40,410 bases of DNA, taken from contig JAJPHT010000050.1 in NCBI GenBank assembly GCA_021325135.1, positions 1 to 40,410 of the forward strand, in the 5' to 3' direction. A program made the position numbers and the translations under genes. This stretch comes from Pseudomonadota bacterium. Its GTDB lineage: Archaea > Thermoplasmatota > SW-10-69-26 > JACQPN01 > JAJPHT01. The notes below the pieces were generated by a model that ran no database searches, was not told the origin of the DNA, and saw nothing but the letters and a program-made list of their open reading frames with translations. Positions within the stretch are counted from its first letter, which is position 1; each line of letters starts with the position of its first letter. Below are positions 24,816-33,601 of the stretch, piece by piece.

Positions 24816-25730
24816 TCAGCGCCGCCGCGTGCTCTCCTCGACGCCCTTAACTAGCGCGCGCAGCGTGAGGTTGACCGGCGTGTCGACGCCCCGCGCGAGG
24901 CCGCGCTGCACGATCTCGCCGCAGATGGCGTCGATCTCGGTGGGCCGCCCGCGCTCCACGTCCTGGAGCATGCTGCTCTTGTTGCCCGCGGTCAGCTCCG
25001 CGACGCGGCGCGCGCGGGCCAGCATGTCGTCGCCGGGCAGCGGCGCCTCCTCGGCGCGGGCGACGTCCACGGCCTCCTCCACGACGCGCTGCATCAGCTC
25101 GCGCAGCGCGGGCACCTGGAGGAGCGCGCCGTTCCGGAGGCCCGTGATGGCGGTGAGCGGGTTGATGGCGGCGTTGACGACGACCTTCGCCCAGACCTCG
25201 CCCACGATGGAGTCGCTGAATTCGACCTCGAGCCCGGTCTTCGCGATCTCCGCCGCGAGGCGCCGCGCGGCGTCGCGCTCGCCCGCGGGGCTGCCCACGC
25301 GGAAGTAGCCGACACCTGCGTGCTCGACGTGGCCGGGCTCGACGAAGGTGACGCCGTGGGTCGTGACGGCGGCGAAGACGCGCCGCGGGTCCACCGACTG
25401 CGAGATCGTCTCGACGTTGCCCAGGCCGTTCTGGAAGGAGAGCACCTGCGTGCGGGCGCCCAGGAGCGGCGCGGCGTCGCGCATCGCCTTGGCGGTGTCG
25501 TAGGCCTTCACCGAGACGACCAGCAGGTCGGGCACGGCGGCGTCCTCGGGGCGCGTCGCGACCTTGGGCCTCACCGCAAGCTGCGTGCGGCCGGTGACGA
25601 GAAGCCCCTGGCTCGCGACGACCGCCGCGTGCTCGCGTCGCGCGAGGAGCGTCACGTCGTGCCCCGCGTGCGCAAGGAGCGCGCCCAGCCACGAGCCCAT
25701 GGCGCCCGCTCCCAGGATGGCGACGCGCAC
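24816..25730 (-). CDS. panE: Ketopantoate reductase
   Basis: GAGAMG, VKAYD, QNGLG, WAKVVVNAAINPLTA, SSMLQDV, TEIDAICG. Confidence 0.95.
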   Translation of the reverse strand: MRVAILGAGAMGSWLGALLAHAGHDVTLLARREHAAVVASQGLLVTGRTQLAVRPKVATRPEDAAVPDLLVVSVKAYDTAKAMRDAAPLLGARTQVLSFQNGLGNVETISQSVDPRRVFAAVTTHGVTFVEPGHVEHAGVGYFRVGSPAGERDAARRLAAEIAKTGLEVEFSDSIVGEVWAKVVVNAAINPLTAITGLRNGALLQVPALRELMQRVVEEAVDVARAEEAPLPGDDMLARARRVAELTAGNKSSMLQDVERGRPTEIDAICGEIVQRGLARGVDTPVNLTLRALVKGVEESTRRR

Positions 25731-25733
25731 GCG

Positions 25734-26648
25734 CTACGCCTCCGGAAGCTCGGCGTCCCGCGCGAGGGCCGCGAGGCGCGGGCCCGGGTAGCCGGTGAGG
25801 GGGCGGAAGACGGGGACGCCCGTGAGCCGGTCATCCGGCGCGTGCGCAAGCTGCTCCTTGACGCCGTCCGCCAGCACGAGGGCCTGGCACTTGTGGAGCG
25901 CGAGGTGCGGCGCCACGGCCTCCAGGCGCGCGGCGCGCGTCCCGCCCGCGACGGGGTGGATGCGCAGGCCCGGGACCCAGGGCGCGAGGGGCGCGAGCCA
26001 GCCCTCGGCGGCTTTGATATCATGGGCGAAGAAGAACAGCGCGGCGCCGCGCTTGCCCATGAGCCAGCCGGCGTGCGCGGCGCGGGCGTCCTCCACGAGC
26101 ACGCCGACGCGCCCCTGGCTTCCCAGCGGCAGGCCGCCCGGGCCCTTCACCTTGCGGCGCCAGACGTAGGCCACCTCGTCGCGTACCTCGACGTGCGCCT
26201 CCCACGCGGGGTCGTCCAGGTCCACCGTGGGCTTGCGCGCCGCGAGGTCGTCCAGGATGCGCGAGGCGCAGGCCTTGGCCACGTCGAGGCTGGTGAACGA
26301 GTGCTCGCCCGCGCGCTTCACGCGCACCGCGAAGGAGCCCCCCTCGGGAAGCTCGGCGCGCGCCACGTCCAGCACCTTCGCTGCGATCTCGGCGGGGTCG
26401 GCGCGCGTCTCCAGGGCGGGGCTCGCGCTCACGATGCCGAACGTGTGCCGCAGCGCGTCCAGCGCGCCCTCCACGTCCTGCGCGCGCACGAGGATGCGCC
26501 CCTGCTCGCGGGCGACCTCGGCCTCCACGCCGCGGCGGAGGAGCTGGTCCTCGATGCACGAGACGAGGCGGCGCTCGAACTGGGAGCGGACGCTGCGGCT
26601 CTTGATGCCGATCTCGCCGTAGCGCACCAGGATCGGGGGCCAGGCCAC
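25734..26648 (-). CDS. ThiI-like THUMP-domain protein with degenerate PP-loop
   Basis: ILVRYGEIGIKS, FGIVSAS, FAVRVKR, GPGGLPLGSQG, LMGKRG, VFRPL; SGGxDS absent. Confidence 0.85.
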   Translation of the reverse strand: MAWPPILVRYGEIGIKSRSVRSQFERRLVSCIEDQLLRRGVEAEVAREQGRILVRAQDVEGALDALRHTFGIVSASPALETRADPAEIAAKVLDVARAELPEGGSFAVRVKRAGEHSFTSLDVAKACASRILDDLAARKPTVDLDDPAWEAHVEVRDEVAYVWRRKVKGPGGLPLGSQGRVGVLVEDARAAHAGWLMGKRGAALFFFAHDIKAAEGWLAPLAPWVPGLRIHPVAGGTRAARLEAVAPHLALHKCQALVLADGVKEQLAHAPDDRLTGVPVFRPLTGYPGPRLAALARDAELPEA

Positions 26649-26723
26649 GGCTCCGCATCCCGGCTCTCCGTATATGAAGGGTGACAGGGAAACGCTCTTG
26701 CACGCGGAAGGCGACGCGCGGCC

Positions 26724-27362
26724 ATGCGCCGCGCCGCGTGGATCGCCCTCGCCCTGTGCGCCACCTTCCTGGCCCTCGCCGAGATGGACCACGTGCGCTG
26801 CGTCACCGTCTCCATCGCCGCGCAGCCCCCGCCGGAGCCCAGCTGCGCGACGACGTATGGCCCGCGCCTCGCCCTCCCGCTGGGCATCCTGGCGCTGGCC
26901 TCCGGCGCCGCGACCCTCCTCCTGGCCCGGCGCGATGGCACGCGCGTCGTCGTGGCCCTCGCCGCCGCGCTCCTCGTCGTCCCCGCGCTCATCGTCCTCT
27001 CGGGGTGGGCGAGCGTCGGGTTCCACGTCCAGATCGCGCAGCCTCAGCCTGACGGCGGGACGTACTGCACGGGCCCCGGCGCCGTGCGGCCCCTCCCCAT
27101 CTACCTCCTGAGCGCGCCCACCTGCCTGCGGGCCGCGGAGGCCGTGCGCCTGGGTCTCCTCGCGGTGGCCGCGTGCCTCGCCGTGGGCGCGGTCGTCCTT
27201 GCGCGCCGCTCGTGGGCCTTCGCCGCCGCGGGGCTCGTGCTCGTCGCGTTCGCCGCGGACCTTCTCGCGCAGCCCCTCTACGCCGCGGGCTGGGCCCTCC
27301 CTCTCATGGCGGCCGGCCTCCTGGCCGCGGGCGCGCGCCGCCTCCCGCCCGCCCCGGCGTGA
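26724..27362 (+). CDS. Hypothetical multi-pass membrane protein
   Basis: Several hydrophobic segments, Cys pairs in loops; GAAACGCTCTTG upstream. Confidence 0.6.
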   Translation: MRRAAWIALALCATFLALAEMDHVRCVTVSIAAQPPPEPSCATTYGPRLALPLGILALASGAATLLLARRDGTRVVVALAAALLVVPALIVLSGWASVGFHVQIAQPQPDGGTYCTGPGAVRPLPIYLLSAPTCLRAAEAVRLGLLAVAACLAVGAVVLARRSWAFAAAGLVLVAFAADLLAQPLYAAGWALPLMAAGLLAAGARRLPPAPA

Positions 27363-27393
27363 GCCTCAAGTGCGGGCCCCGCCCTCGCGCCTC

Positions 27394-28014
27394 GTGGACT
27401 GGCCCGCCCTGGAGACGTTCGCCCGCCGCCCGCGCGACGCCCTCATGTGGCTCCCCCGCGCGGCGGACGTCGCGCGCATCGCCGCCGCGCTGCGCGTCGC
27501 GGGCCCCCGCGTCGCAGACGTCGGCGCGGGGACGGGCCTCCTCGCGGTGCTCCTGGAGCGCGAGGGTGTCGCGGTGGAGGCCACCGACGCGTCGCCCCCC
27601 GCCGTTCGATATCACCCCGTCGCGGCCCGCCCCGCGGACGCGCTCCCACCCTGCGACGCCGCCATCGTCTCGTGGATGGAGGCCGGGAAGGACTACCGCG
27701 AGGCCGTCGCGCGCCTGGCGCCCGTGATCGTGAACGTCTACGACGTGGAGGGGGGCTGCGGCGTCATGGGCGCCGTGGACTTCGCGCCCTTCGGCTTCGC
27801 GGAGGCCGCCTCGTGGCGCACGCCCTCCTTCGAGGACGCGGAGTTCGCGCTGGACCGCAAGGGGCGCCTTCAGAGGAAAGGGTACCCAGGAAATCGCATC
27901 GACGTGCTGACGCGCGATCCCGCCCTCGTGCCGCGCCTGAGGGCTGCCGCCCGGGACGCGCAGCCCAAGGGGCCCCTTCCCTGGGAGCGCGGCATGGACG
28001 AGGTGAGCCTCTGA
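27394..28014 (+). CDS. Class I SAM-methyltransferase-like protein
   Basis: VADVGAGTGLL motif I; VEATD; start uncertain. Confidence 0.7.
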   Translation: MDWPALETFARRPRDALMWLPRAADVARIAAALRVAGPRVADVGAGTGLLAVLLEREGVAVEATDASPPAVRYHPVAARPADALPPCDAAIVSWMEAGKDYREAVARLAPVIVNVYDVEGGCGVMGAVDFAPFGFAEAASWRTPSFEDAEFALDRKGRLQRKGYPGNRIDVLTRDPALVPRLRAAARDAQPKGPLPWERGMDEVSL

Positions 28015-29138
28015 GGCTCGTCCTCCACGTCGACCTGGACGCCTACTACGCCAGCGTGGAGGAGCTGGACCACCCCGAGTGGAAGGGGCATCCCCTGGTG
28101 GTGGGCACGCTACCCGACGAGGGGCGGGCGCGCGGCATCGTGACCACGTGCAACTACGCAGCGCGCGCCTTCGGCATCCGCAACGCCATGCCCATCAGCC
28201 AGGCGTGGCGGCTCTGCCCGGGCGCACGCTACGTGGAGCCGCGCTTCGAGCGCTACGCCGAGAAGTCCGAGGAGGTCTTCGCGATCCTGCGCGAGGCGGG
28301 GCCCGTGGAGCCCGCCAGCATCGACGAGGGCTACCTGGACCTCTCGGAGCGCTGCGCGACGTTCGAGGAGGCCATGGCCTTCGCCCGCGCGCTCCAGGAG
28401 AAGATATCGTCCGGGGCCGGCCTCTCGGCGAGCCTGGGCGTCGCGTCCAGCAAGCTCGTCGCCAAGATCGCCACCGACATGCGCAAGCCCCACGGCCTCA
28501 CCGGCGTGCCGCCCGGCGCCGAGGAGGCGTTCCTCGCGCCGCTCCCCGCGCGGAAGATCCCCGGCGTGGGCCCCAAGAGCGAGGAGCGGCTCTCGCTGCT
28601 GGGCATCCACACCTGCGCGGACCTCGCCGCCGCGCCCGCTTCGCTGCTCGCGCGCGAGTTCGGCGTCTGGGGACCGCGCCTCGCGGAATTGGCGCGCGGC
28701 GTCGACGGCTCGCCCGTGGAGACCACCTGGGAGCGCAAGAGCCTGGGCGGCGAGACGACGTTCCCCCGCGACAGCGAGGACCCTTCCGAGTGGCGCGCCA
28801 CGGTGGCAGACCTCGCGGAGGGCGCCGCGCGCTCGCTCTCGGAGGAGGGGCTCGTCGCGCGCACGGTCACGCTCAAGGTGCGGCTCACGGGCTTCGAGAC
28901 GCACACGCGGTCGCGCACGCTGCCGCGACCCACCGACGAGGCCTCCACGCTGCGGTCGACCGCGCTGGGCCTCCTCGCCGAGAACGAGCCGCCCCGCGCC
29001 GTGCGCCTCCTGGGCGTGCGCCTCTCGCACCTCTCGCCCAAGGAGGGGGGCCAGCGCGACCTGCGCGACTGGGACGCGGAGGTGCTGGGCGAGGCGCCCC
29101 GGTGGCGACCCAAGCAGCGGCGGCTCGACGAGGCGTGA
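28011..29138 (+). CDS. dinB: DNA polymerase IV (Y family), probable CTG start
   Basis: HVDLDAYYASVE, CNYAARAFGI, SIDEGYLD, AKIATDMRKPHG, IPGVGPK, VRLLGVRLS. Confidence 0.93.
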   Translation: MRLVLHVDLDAYYASVEELDHPEWKGHPLVVGTLPDEGRARGIVTTCNYAARAFGIRNAMPISQAWRLCPGARYVEPRFERYAEKSEEVFAILREAGPVEPASIDEGYLDLSERCATFEEAMAFARALQEKISSGAGLSASLGVASSKLVAKIATDMRKPHGLTGVPPGAEEAFLAPLPARKIPGVGPKSEERLSLLGIHTCADLAAAPASLLAREFGVWGPRLAELARGVDGSPVETTWERKSLGGETTFPRDSEDPSEWRATVADLAEGAARSLSEEGLVARTVTLKVRLTGFETHTRSRTLPRPTDEASTLRSTALGLLAENEPPRAVRLLGVRLSHLSPKEGGQRDLRDWDAEVLGEAPRWRPKQRRLDEA

Positions 29139-29207
29139 GCCGGCGCCAGGAACCGGGTTTGGACGAGCGGGCTTCTTAACCCCGCCGAGGGCTTCCCGCT
29201 GGGCACT

Positions 29208-31703
29208 ATGAGAGGCTTCACGGTCGTCCTACTCTGCGTCATCCTCCTCACCTGCGTCCCCGCCGTCCCCTGGACGCCCGCCGGCGTCGCGGACGCAGGA
29301 ACCGGGACCCCCACCTTCGCCGTGTACCCGGCGCCCTCCACCCTCCCCGAGGTGGACGCGGCGGGCGAGCCCAGCGTGGGCATCAACTGGAAGACCAACC
29401 CCGCGGGCGGCGGGACGGTCCTGTTCCAGGCGGACTCCACCACCTACAAGGTCCTCTTCAACGACGCCACGGTCCCGGCCACCGCGACGTGGTCCGACGT
29501 GTCCGCGGGCATCATCGTCAACATCGACCCCATCCTCTTCACCGACAGCACGCAGGGCCGCACCTGGGCCGGCGGGCTCGCCAGCGTGTGCTCGGACATG
29601 CTCTACACCGACAACGACGGCGCGTCCTGGACGCAGATGGGCAACGACTGCGCGGGCCAGGACCACGAGAGCATCGGCGCCGGCGCCTGGCACGGCAGCG
29701 CGCCCCTCCTCTCCACCTACGGCCGCGGCGTCTACTACTGCGCGCAGAACGGCGCCATCTACTGCACCACGAGCAGCGACGGGGGCGTCACCTGGAGCGC
29801 GCAGACCGCGGTCTCCGGCGACTGCGGCACGTTCAACGGCCACATCAAGGTCAGCGCCGACGGCACGGCCTACGTGCCCAGCAGCTTCTGCGGCACGATG
29901 CAGGGCGGCGGCGTCACGACCAACAACGGCGGCTCGTGGTCGAGCTATCACATCGCGGGCTCCAACGACGGCAACGGCCGCGGCTTCGACCCCAGCGTGG
30001 CCACGACGCCCGACAACACCGTGTACGAGGCGTGGTCCGATGGCAACAGCTACCACCCCTACGTCGCGCGCAGCACCACGCACGCCGCGTCGTGGGACCG
30101 CGTGACCGACCTGGCCAACACCGTGAGCCCGCCCATCGTGGCCTCCACCTTCCAGGCCGCCGTCGCGGGCGACAACGGGCGCGTCGCGGTCGCCTACCTG
30201 GGCACGCAGGTGGGCACGGCGGGCCTCACGCCCTACGACAACGGCTACCACGGCGTGTGGAACCTCTTCGTCTCCTACTCCTACGACGGCGGCCTCACGT
30301 GGAGCACCGTGAAGGTCACGCAGGACAGCGACCCCGTGCAGCGCGGCTGCATCTGGGACCTGGGCGGCAGCGACGCGTGCCGCAACCTGCTGGACTTCAT
30401 GGACGCCAGCGTGACCAAGGACGGCCGCGTCCTCGTCGCCTTCGCGGACGGCTGCCTCAACTGCACGACCGAGTCGCAGAGCACGCACGCCTACGCCACC
30501 ATCGCGCGCCAGAGCACCGGCAAGGGGCTCTTCTCCGCCTACGACTCCTCGGGCCCCAACCCGCCCGCCGCGCCCGTCCTCAACGCCACCGCGGGCAACG
30601 CGCAGGTCTCCCTCTCGTGGACGACGCCCGCCAACGGCGGCAGCGCCATCACGGGCTACAACCTCTACCGCGGCGGCGCCAGCGGCGGCGAGACGCTCTA
30701 CCAGAGCCTCGGCGTCGTGAACGCCTACAACGACACGGGCGTGACCAACGGTCAGACCTACTACTACAAGGTCGCGGCCGTGAACGCCGCGGGCGTCGGC
30801 GCCCTTTCCAACGAGCGCAGCGCCGCGCCGCAGAGCCCCAACGCGCCGCCCACCGCGTGCTTCACGCACGCGGAGACGGGCAGCAGCACAAGCGTCAACG
30901 GGACGTGCAGCAGCGACTCCGACGGGAGCGTCGCCTCCTGGGACTGGAGCTGGGGCGACGCCTCGGCGCACGGCAGCGGCGCCACGGCGAGCCACGCCTA
31001 TGCAGCCGGCGGCACGTACAACGTCACGCTCACCGTGACCGACAACCGCGGGGCCACCGGCTCCACGACGCAGCAGGTCACCGTGACGGGCCCGCCCAAC
31101 CAGGCGCCCAGCGCGTGCTTCTCGTCCAGCGCCGCGAGCCTCGTGGCGTCGTTCAACGGCACCTGCTCCAGCGACCCGGACGGCAGCGTCGTCTCCTGGT
31201 CGTGGGCGTTCGGCGACGGCGGCACCGGCAGCGGGGCCACGCCCAGCCACACCTACGCGGCGGGCGGCACGTACAACGTGACGCTCACGGTCACGGACAA
31301 CAACGGCGCCACGGGCAGCGTGACCCACGCCGTCAACGTCACCAGCGACCCGGACCCCTCGACGCCCACGCTCAGCAACGGCGTGGCGAAGAGCGGCACC
31401 TCCGGGGCGTCGGGCACCTGGCAGTACTACAAGATCCAGGTCCCCGCCGGCAAGACGCAGCTCAAGGTGGACCTCGCGTCCACGCAGAGCTGCGGCCTGC
31501 TCAGCTGCAACCCGGACCTGGACCTCTACGTGCGCCAGGGCGCGAAGCCCACGACGTCCGCCTACGACTGCTCGCCCCAGAGCGGCACCAGCACCGAGTC
31601 GTGCACGATCTCGGGCCCCGCCGCCAACTGGTGGTACGTGGGCGTGTACGTCTACTCGGGGAGCGCCTCGCTGAGCTACACCGTGAAGGCGACGTACACT
31701 TAA
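29208..31703 (+). CDS. Secreted BNR/Asp-box propeller + FN3 + 2xPKD + PPC-domain protein
   Basis: GEPS...RNLLDF propeller; LSWTTP...YYYKVAAVN (FN3); WxWGD/WAFGDG...HxY...VTLTVTDN (PKD); DLDLYVRQGAKPT (PPC). Confidence 0.88.
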   Translation: MRGFTVVLLCVILLTCVPAVPWTPAGVADAGTGTPTFAVYPAPSTLPEVDAAGEPSVGINWKTNPAGGGTVLFQADSTTYKVLFNDATVPATATWSDVSAGIIVNIDPILFTDSTQGRTWAGGLASVCSDMLYTDNDGASWTQMGNDCAGQDHESIGAGAWHGSAPLLSTYGRGVYYCAQNGAIYCTTSSDGGVTWSAQTAVSGDCGTFNGHIKVSADGTAYVPSSFCGTMQGGGVTTNNGGSWSSYHIAGSNDGNGRGFDPSVATTPDNTVYEAWSDGNSYHPYVARSTTHAASWDRVTDLANTVSPPIVASTFQAAVAGDNGRVAVAYLGTQVGTAGLTPYDNGYHGVWNLFVSYSYDGGLTWSTVKVTQDSDPVQRGCIWDLGGSDACRNLLDFMDASVTKDGRVLVAFADGCLNCTTESQSTHAYATIARQSTGKGLFSAYDSSGPNPPAAPVLNATAGNAQVSLSWTTPANGGSAITGYNLYRGGASGGETLYQSLGVVNAYNDTGVTNGQTYYYKVAAVNAAGVGALSNERSAAPQSPNAPPTACFTHAETGSSTSVNGTCSSDSDGSVASWDWSWGDASAHGSGATASHAYAAGGTYNVTLTVTDNRGATGSTTQQVTVTGPPNQAPSACFSSSAASLVASFNGTCSSDPDGSVVSWSWAFGDGGTGSGATPSHTYAAGGTYNVTLTVTDNNGATGSVTHAVNVTSDPDPSTPTLSNGVAKSGTSGASGTWQYYKIQVPAGKTQLKVDLASTQSCGLLSCNPDLDLYVRQGAKPTTSAYDCSPQSGTSTESCTISGPAANWWYVGVYVYSGSASLSYTVKATYT

Positions 31704-31738
31704 GCTCGCCCGCCCCCCTGCGGGCCTCGGGAGTCGCC

Positions 31739-33013
31739 GTGCGCGTCCGAGGCCCGCCCCTTCTTCTCTGCGTCCTTCTCGCCCTGCCCACCGTGGGCCT
31801 CGCCGCCACCGCGTCCACGCCGGCGTTCACCACGCACCCCGCGCCCCCGGGCTGGGCGGAGAGCGCCGGCGAGCCCTCCCTCGGCGTGGACCCCGCCACC
31901 GACGCGGCCCTCTTCCAGGCGTACACGCGCACCTACAGGGTGACGTTCGACGCCTCGGGCGCGGCGACCTGGAGCGACGTGACGCCGCCCCACGCGCTGG
32001 GCACGAACCTGGACCCCATGCTCTTCACGGACCCCGGGACGGGGCAGACCTTCGCGGGCGGGCTGGAAGGGGAGTGCAGCGTCTTCTGGAGCACGACGGA
32101 CGAGGGCGCCTCGTGGACGCCCGTGGGCAACGCCTGCGCGCCGCCCGCCGTGGACCACGAGACGATCTTCGCGGGCCCCGCGCACGCGCCGCTCACGGGC
32201 CGCATGGTCTACTACTGCGCGCACGCCGAGGTCGAGACGTGCTCCGCGAGCCCCGACGGCGGGCTCACCTTCGGCCCCTCGGTCCCCATCGGCGCGGGCA
32301 CGCACCCCTGCCTGGGCACCTTCGGCCACGGGCGCGTCGGCCCCGAAGGCACCGCCTACGTGCCCGCGGCCCACTGCCAGATCGGCGCGGGCGTCATGGT
32401 CTCCGCCACCGACGGCCTCTCGTGGACGACGACGATCCTGCCCGCCTCGCTGCCGCCGCCCGCGGGCTTCGATCCCGCCGTCGCGACGACGCGGGGCGGC
32501 TGGGTCTACGCCGCGTTCCAGGACGCCAAGGGGCGCGAGATGGTCACGCTCTCCAAGGACCAGGGCGCCCACTGGACCTTCCCCAGGGACGCCGCGGCGG
32601 GGCTGGGCCTCGCGACCACGACGTTCAACGCCCTCGTGGCAGGCGACGACGAGCGCGCCGCGGTCGCGTTCCTGGGCACGACGACGCCGGGCGACGCCTT
32701 CGCCGCGGGCTTCCCGGGCGCGTGGAGCCTCTACGTCTCGTTCACCTACGACGGCGGCCAGACGTGGACCGCCGTCCAGGCCAGCGACGGCCCCGTGCAG
32801 CGCGGCTGGATCTGCGCCGACGGCCTGACCTGCTCGGGCGGGCGCAACCTCCTGGACTTCATCGACGCCGCCATGGACGGCCACGGGCGCGTCCTGGTCG
32901 CCTACGCGGACGGCTGCGAAGGGTGCGCCGACCCCTCGGGCTCGCACCACGCGAAGGGGACCATCGCGCGCCAGAGCGGCGGGCTGGGGCTTCTGGCGGC
33001 GTTCGATGGCTGA
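31739..33013 (+). CDS. Secreted BNR/Asp-box propeller protein (paralog of upstream gene)
   Basis: AGEPSLG, DPMLFTD, DHETI, FDPAVATT, RNLLDF; GTG start with signal peptide. Confidence 0.85.
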   Translation: MRVRGPPLLLCVLLALPTVGLAATASTPAFTTHPAPPGWAESAGEPSLGVDPATDAALFQAYTRTYRVTFDASGAATWSDVTPPHALGTNLDPMLFTDPGTGQTFAGGLEGECSVFWSTTDEGASWTPVGNACAPPAVDHETIFAGPAHAPLTGRMVYYCAHAEVETCSASPDGGLTFGPSVPIGAGTHPCLGTFGHGRVGPEGTAYVPAAHCQIGAGVMVSATDGLSWTTTILPASLPPPAGFDPAVATTRGGWVYAAFQDAKGREMVTLSKDQGAHWTFPRDAAAGLGLATTTFNALVAGDDERAAVAFLGTTTPGDAFAAGFPGAWSLYVSFTYDGGQTWTAVQASDGPVQRGWICADGLTCSGGRNLLDFIDAAMDGHGRVLVAYADGCEGCADPSGSHHAKGTIARQSGGLGLLAAFDG

Positions 33014-33560
33014 GCTGGTCGTCCTCGCGGCGGGCGCCTCCACGCGCATGGGGCACCCCAAGGCGCTCACGCGCGTCGCGGGCGAGCCGGCGCTTGCGCG
33101 CATCGCGCGCGCGTGGCGCGACGTCGACGCCAGCGAGCCCGTGGTCGTCCTGGGCGCGCACTTCGACGCCGTGAAGGCCGCGCTGCCGGACCAGCGCGCC
33201 CGCTGGGTCCGCAACCCGCGCCCGGACGCGGGGCGCACGGGGAGCCTCCAGGCGGGGCTCGCCGCGACGAGGGGTGATTCCGTCGTCGTCTGGCCCGTGG
33301 ACCACCCCCTCGCGGGCGCCGCGACGCTGCGCCTCCTCCTGGCGACGCCCGGCGCGTGGGTCGTCCCCGAGCACGCGGGCCGCGGCGGGCACCCCATCCT
33401 CCTGCGCGGGCCCGCCCTGGCGGCGGTCCTCTCCGCGCCCGCCGCGACGCCGCTGCGCGACGTGCCGGGTCACGTGGGCATCGAGGTGGTCCGCGTGGCG
33501 ACCGACGACGCGGGCGTCCTGGCGAACCTGGACCGTCCCGAGGACGTCCTGGGGCTGTGA
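33006..33560 (+). CDS. MocA-like molybdenum cofactor cytidylyltransferase
   Basis: VVLAAGASTRMGHPKAL, PVDHP, GGHPI, NLDRPED; xdh-family context. Confidence 0.85.
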   Translation: MAELVVLAAGASTRMGHPKALTRVAGEPALARIARAWRDVDASEPVVVLGAHFDAVKAALPDQRARWVRNPRPDAGRTGSLQAGLAATRGDSVVVWPVDHPLAGAATLRLLLATPGAWVVPEHAGRGGHPILLRGPALAAVLSAPAATPLRDVPGHVGIEVVRVATDDAGVLANLDRPEDVLGL

Positions 33561-33601
33561 GCGGAAGGGTATTTGGGCCCTGCTGGTGGTGCCCGCCCCC
33601 C

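Noticed and set aside
30840-31340. Nucleotide-level direct repeat inside the large secreted gene
   Set aside because: Explained by tandem PKD domains
29489-33013. 1174-aa ORF as a single gene
   Set aside because: Its 5' part is an alternate frame of 29208-31703; only 31739-33013 is protein-like and has a signal peptide
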